DNA of 64,000 nucleotides, taken from contig BTRG01000001.1 of the NCBI GenBank assembly GCA_036986275.1, positions 27,042 to 91,041 of the forward strand. Reading direction: 5' to 3'. Positions within the stretch are counted from its first letter, which is position 1. Every line of letters starts with the position of its first letter. This DNA comes from Gammaproteobacteria bacterium. GTDB lineage: Bacteria > Pseudomonadota > Gammaproteobacteria > Acidiferrobacterales > SZUA-150. Below are positions 59,800-64,000 of this stretch, piece after piece. A model generated the notes under the pieces. It was not told where the DNA came from, searched no databases, and saw only the letters and a list, made by a program, of their open reading frames with translations. The translations under genes were made by a program, and so were the position numbers.

Positions 59800-61466
59800 A
59801 ACGCTGCATACTCCCTGATGTAATCATGCACCATGTCATAGGTGCCCTGGGTTGCCGGCCGCAGGCCGGCAAAGCCGGCGGCTTGCATGGCCGAGTGTCC
59901 CGGTGACTGGGCGTTATAATTCAGAAGCAGCTGGCGTATATCATTATTAATATCCGCGTCCAGGTTATCGCTAAGCAACCAGGCCAGTCCCGGCATGGCC
60001 GCGCTCTTGGTAATTACGCGAACCTTGTCGGCGCCATATTTCTTTTTAAAGATCGGGCTGTTTAAGGCCAATGTGTCAACGCCGATGGCATCAACATAAC
60101 CATCTCGCAGTTTCAACATGGCCTCGGCGATCGTGCGTGGCATGGGGACTTCATAGTATTGGCCTGCCAGGCCCGAGCGCTTGAGTAGCACTTTGGGTAC
60201 GATGGTGGCAAAGAAGGAATTATTATTGCCGCTAAAAGCAATGCGTTTTCCACGCAAGTCATTCAGAGAATGAATACTGCTGTCATCCCTGACTATGATA
60301 TACCCATGCATGCCATCAACCGTGTTGACGGGCAGTTGGTGGGCAAAGATTTCATAGCCCTGTTTTGCCAGTCGTAAGGCCTGTAATGGATTGGCCATGA
60401 TGATGGCCGGTTCGGAATCAGCATAAATAGACTCCTCGAAGGCATTCATGGAATCGTAGGCCTTGATGCTCACTGTAATCTCAAGGCGCTGTTTTAAATA
60501 GGCTGCCAGGGGCAGCATTTGATGTATGGTGTCATCCGCGCCCATTCGGGGTATTACGTGAAAATCAATAGTACGCCGAACGAATGACAGGCCCAGGTCT
60601 ATTTTCCTGAAGCGTGCCAACTCATCCCTGGTGACCTCAACAAAGCGATGGAAACCCAGACGATTTAGTGTGTAACGATTATTATCAGACCTGTGCATAT
60701 TCAACAGGCGTTCACGAATATTACTGGCGACGTTTTCAGGCACGCGCGGATGGGCGGCAATAATGTGGGGCAACAGGGGCTGTGTGCGATGTAGCACCTT
60801 GAGTTTCCGGCGTATGGCAGTTGTGAGTTGATTGAATGAACGTTCTACACCGCCCGCCGCGATGTACCGGCCCTGGGCAACCGCACGGTAGGCTGATTCA
60901 TGGGTGCCGAGATAGGCAACGCTATAAGAAATATGGTTTTGCTTGAGATCCATACGTGGCAGCAGGGTGGCGCCCAGGGCACGCGGCGCCGGGAATGCCA
61001 GGGTTTGTCCCACCAATCCACTCAGTGTCACAGGGCCATTGGTGCGTGTGACGATGATACCGGTCAAGGGGCGTTCTCTTCTCACCAGGGCCCTATAGCC
61101 TGCTTTTTTTTGTGCTTCCAGGAAGAGTGCCGAATTCATATAGGCAAAGTCGAACACACCTTTCAGGCTGCGCTCCTCGAATGTCGTAATACTGGGAGCC
61201 GTGGCAAAACGTAGCGGTGCCTCATTCCCGGATGTCAGGGATTGCAGCAGGGGAATCCAGCGTTCCGCCAGTACCACGGGAGATTGTTGGGGAACGATTC
61301 CGATGTCGTATTCGGTGGCTGCCAGGGCAGTTGTCAGCAAGACATATAATCCAAAACCAGAAAGGACGGCTAAACGAATAGCGGGCACGACCAGACTCCC
61401 GGCGGTGGTGTGCTGTAGCAACGGCCGCCGCGTGAATAGATTATCGTGAGTGGCCGTCCATGGCAT
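59796..61466 (-). CDS. Tandem PhnD-like substrate-binding protein
   Basis: Two SBP units (IGIVPQQS...AAHPRVP; FHVIPR...IAFSGNNNSFFATIVP); stop overlaps the GGDEF-EAL start; start uncertain. Confidence 0.8.
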   Translation of the reverse strand: MPWTATHDNLFTRRPLLQHTTAGSLVVPAIRLAVLSGFGLYVLLTTALAATEYDIGIVPQQSPVVLAERWIPLLQSLTSGNEAPLRFATAPSITTFEERSLKGVFDFAYMNSALFLEAQKKAGYRALVRRERPLTGIIVTRTNGPVTLSGLVGQTLAFPAPRALGATLLPRMDLKQNHISYSVAYLGTHESAYRAVAQGRYIAAGGVERSFNQLTTAIRRKLKVLHRTQPLLPHIIAAHPRVPENVASNIRERLLNMHRSDNNRYTLNRLGFHRFVEVTRDELARFRKIDLGLSFVRRTIDFHVIPRMGADDTIHQMLPLAAYLKQRLEITVSIKAYDSMNAFEESIYADSEPAIIMANPLQALRLAKQGYEIFAHQLPVNTVDGMHGYIIVRDDSSIHSLNDLRGKRIAFSGNNNSFFATIVPKVLLKRSGLAGQYYEVPMPRTIAEAMLKLRDGYVDAIGVDTLALNSPIFKKKYGADKVRVITKSAAMPGLAWLLSDNLDADINNDIRQLLLNYNAQSPGHSAMQAAGFAGLRPATQGTYDMVHDYIREYAAL

Positions 61467-61558
61467 TTATCTCAGTAGTTTAGGCAGAACCGGAAGTCAC
61501 CACAATAACCATTTAATTATAAACAGATATATGGCCGGTTTTTGCTTACCGGTAGCGA

Positions 61559-62392
61559 TCAGGATTGCAGGAACCGGGGTGGAATAGCTGCGGCGGCATA
61601 GAGTTCGTGAGAGTAATAGCGGGTGTCCAGGGTGGGCCTGCGTAGCAAGTCGACGGATAGTGTACCGTTTTTAGCCGCCACAGTGGCGCTCCACCAACCC
61701 GAGGGATAAGTGCATTGCGGGAAATGAAACAGTTTTCGCTTAGCGAAACCAGCCTGACCCAGGCTGTCATCCACAGCTTGTATCAGTGAGGTGTGGAACA
61801 GTGGCGATTCGCTTTGCAGGGCCAGGATGCCGTTGTCTGTCAATGCACGGAAGCATTGCCTGTAAAATTCGATCTCAAAGAGTCCGGCGGCAGGCCCTAC
61901 CGGATCGGTGGAATCCACAAGAATGACATCGTAACGTTGTTCATCGGCGTCCTTGACCCATTTAATCCCGTCTTCGAAATGTATCGCCGCACGCGGGTCG
62001 TGGTTACTGCTGCATAATTCGGGAAAAAATTCTTCCGCGGCGTGTGTTACATCCGCGTCCAGTTCGACCATGTCCACATGTTTCACGGCCTCGTGTTTGA
62101 GGACCTCTTTCAATGTGCCGCAATCACCACCGCCTATAATCAATACCTTTTCAGGTTGCATGTGGCTGCACAAGGCCGGGTGTGTCAGCATCTCATGGTA
62201 AATAAAGTTGTCCCTGCCGGTGACCATGACCAGGCCATCCAGTGTCATCAGACGGCCGAAACTCTCGGTTTCGAAGATTTCTATACGTTGATACGGAGAC
62301 TGCAGGTCACAGAGTTTGGTTTTGATTTTAAGTGAAATGGCGCTGCCTTGATCGGCCCATTCCTCGGTATACCACGTGTCGTCTATGGCCAT
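61559..62392 (-). CDS. speE: Polyamine aminopropyltransferase (spermidine synthase)
   Basis: LIIGGGDCG, DSTDPVGPA, TYPSGWW. Confidence 0.94.
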   Translation of the reverse strand: MAIDDTWYTEEWADQGSAISLKIKTKLCDLQSPYQRIEIFETESFGRLMTLDGLVMVTGRDNFIYHEMLTHPALCSHMQPEKVLIIGGGDCGTLKEVLKHEAVKHVDMVELDADVTHAAEEFFPELCSSNHDPRAAIHFEDGIKWVKDADEQRYDVILVDSTDPVGPAAGLFEIEFYRQCFRALTDNGILALQSESPLFHTSLIQAVDDSLGQAGFAKRKLFHFPQCTYPSGWWSATVAAKNGTLSVDLLRRPTLDTRYYSHELYAAAAIPPRFLQS

Positions 62393-62517
62393 AGTGAAGT
62401 CTGATTAGAGTGTGTTGCCTAACATACTCTATCTATATCCAGGTTGTCAGGCGATTCTGATTGAACGACGCCAGAATTACCGGATAATTACCTGGACTAT
62501 GCCAGCAGAGTGATACC

Positions 62518-64000
62518 ATGAGCCAATGGACCATAAATGATGCGCGTGCGACCTATAACCTCCAGGCCTGGAGTGAGGGCTATGTAGACATTGATGCACA
62601 GGGCAACCTGCTGGTGCGTCCCGACCCCGACAACCCGGTCTCTGTAAATTTACCTGAACTGGTGTCCCGTTTGCCCGCCGCCGGTGTGCGCCTGCCCGTG
62701 CTGGTGCGTTTCTCCGGCATATTGCGTCACCGTGTGCGCTTGTTACAGCAGGCCTTTGCAGCAGCCATGGAAACACACCGGTATCAGGGTCGTTATACGC
62801 CGGTCTATCCTATCAAGGTCAATCAGCAACACAGTGTGGTGCAGGCCTTGATGCAGGAAAGTGGGGACAGCCTGGGTCTGGAAGCGGGTAGCAAGCCTGA
62901 GCTGCTGGCCGTGATTGCCAGTAGTCACGAAGACGGCATCATCGTCTGTAACGGTTATAAGGACAGGGAGTATATCCGTCTGGCCCTGATAGCCCGGGAC
63001 ATGGGTATGCAAGTCTTTCTGGTGATAGAAAAGGTATCCGAACTGGTATTGGTATTGGAAGAGAGCCGGAGCCTGGGTATTACACCTCTGCTGGGTGTGC
63101 GTGTGCGGCTGGCTTCTATCGCTGCCGGCAACTGGCAGAACAGCGGTGGCGCCAAATCCAAGTTTGGGTTGTCAGCGGCGCAAATGATGAAAGTGGTCGC
63201 GACCTTAAAGGATGCGGGCCTGTTGCATGCTTTAAGCATGATGCATTTCCATATGGGCTCGCAGATTACGGAGCTTGAGGCCATCAGCCAGGGGGCCACG
63301 GAAGCCGGTCGATACCTGGGCGTGTTGAGTCAACAGGGGGTTGTGTTGACGCACGTGAATGCCGGCGGTGGTCTGGGTATCGATTACGAGGGCACACAAT
63401 CCCGCAGTTTCTGTTCCCGAAATTACAGCATTGAACAGTATGCCGATGTTTTGGTGGCTGCGTTCAAATCAGCGGCCGAGAAATATGGGGTGTCTTGCCC
63501 CGACATCATCACCGAGAGCGGGCGCGCCATGAGCGCACACCATGCCATGCTGATTACCAATGTTATTGATCGTGAAGTGCTGGGGGATGGCGTCGTATCG
63601 CAAGCACTCTCAGACGCGGTATCAATTAGCACCTTACAGCAATTCGTGCGGGAGCTGGAAAACGGCTCTCCCGTGAACCTGTATCATGATGCCGCCCAGC
63701 TATATGAGAAGTCCCATCAGCTGTTTTTACAGGGCCAGCTGGAGCTGCAGCATTTGGCGCAGTTTGATGAACTGTATTTTTCATTTTGCAGGCAGTTGCA
63801 GGCAAGACTCACCCCGCAGAAGCATAGCCACCGGCAAGCCTGGGATAGTCTGAATGATTTATTGGCCGATAAGTATTTTGTCAATTTCTCCCTGTTTCAG
63901 TCGGCACCGGATCATTGGGCCATCGATCAGGTCTTTCCTGTCATGCCGATACATCGATTGAACGAAAAACCTGACAGGCGTGTTCGATTGCAGGATATCA
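62518..64000 (+). CDS. speA: Biosynthetic arginine decarboxylase (3' end runs off window)
   Basis: Manual translation: MSQWTINDARATYNLQAWSEGY, VYPIKVNQQ, GLEAGSKPEL, CNGYKD, HFHMGSQI, ESGRAM; divergent from speE. Confidence 0.93.
   Translation, partial: MSQWTINDARATYNLQAWSEGYVDIDAQGNLLVRPDPDNPVSVNLPELVSRLPAAGVRLPVLVRFSGILRHRVRLLQQAFAAAMETHRYQGRYTPVYPIKVNQQHSVVQALMQESGDSLGLEAGSKPELLAVIASSHEDGIIVCNGYKDREYIRLALIARDMGMQVFLVIEKVSELVLVLEESRSLGITPLLGVRVRLASIAAGNWQNSGGAKSKFGLSAAQMMKVVATLKDAGLLHALSMMHFHMGSQITELEAISQGATEAGRYLGVLSQQGVVLTHVNAGGGLGIDYEGTQSRSFCSRNYSIEQYADVLVAAFKSAAEKYGVSCPDIITESGRAMSAHHAMLITNVIDREVLGDGVVSQALSDAVSISTLQQFVRELENGSPVNLYHDAAQLYEKSHQLFLQGQLELQHLAQFDELYFSFCRQLQARLTPQKHSHRQAWDSLNDLLADKYFVNFSLFQSAPDHWAIDQVFPVMPIHRLNEKPDRRVRLQDI

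Noticed and set aside
57436-64000. NspS-MbaA polyamine-sensing system next to speE/speA
   Set aside because: The SBP is PhnD-like, not PotD/NspS-like; adjacency alone is insufficient

Overview
Gammaproteobacterial chromosome segment. Both ends carry housekeeping genes. Left: DUF4390-rsmB-fmt-def, LysM-dprA-smg-topA-mltA, mpl, dsbA, acetolactate synthase. Right: tRNA-Arg(CCG), cytochrome c5, comM, ubiK, two TorF-type porins, sigma54/NtrC-controlled glnK-amtB, an SBP + GGDEF/EAL pair, speE, speA. Between them lies a ~36 kb, all plus-strand block (about 14.9-50.8 kb) made almost entirely of signalling genes. It holds a HisKA_3/NarL pair, a chemosensory operon (CheA with an MshEN-like c-di-GMP motif; an Aer/Aer2 hybrid receptor), four NtrB-like kinases with nearly the same H-box, and six paralogous receivers. 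The receivers are fused to a probably kinase-dead hybrid kinase, a GGDEF-EAL, an HD-GYP and a PilB/GspE ATPase, next to an orphan MglA GTPase. Most unusual: (1) a four-helix-bundle (23S-IVS-protein family) gene bracketed by a 29-bp inverted repeat built from an 8-mer, with a gene-less copy elsewhere; (2) the MglA / kinase / REC-PilB module in a many-to-many phosphorelay; (3) a transporter-less PhnD-like SBP + membrane sensor module present twice with different outputs. All calls come from reading motifs by eye; no searches were run, and some start codons were moved from the ORF track using RBS and family N-termini.
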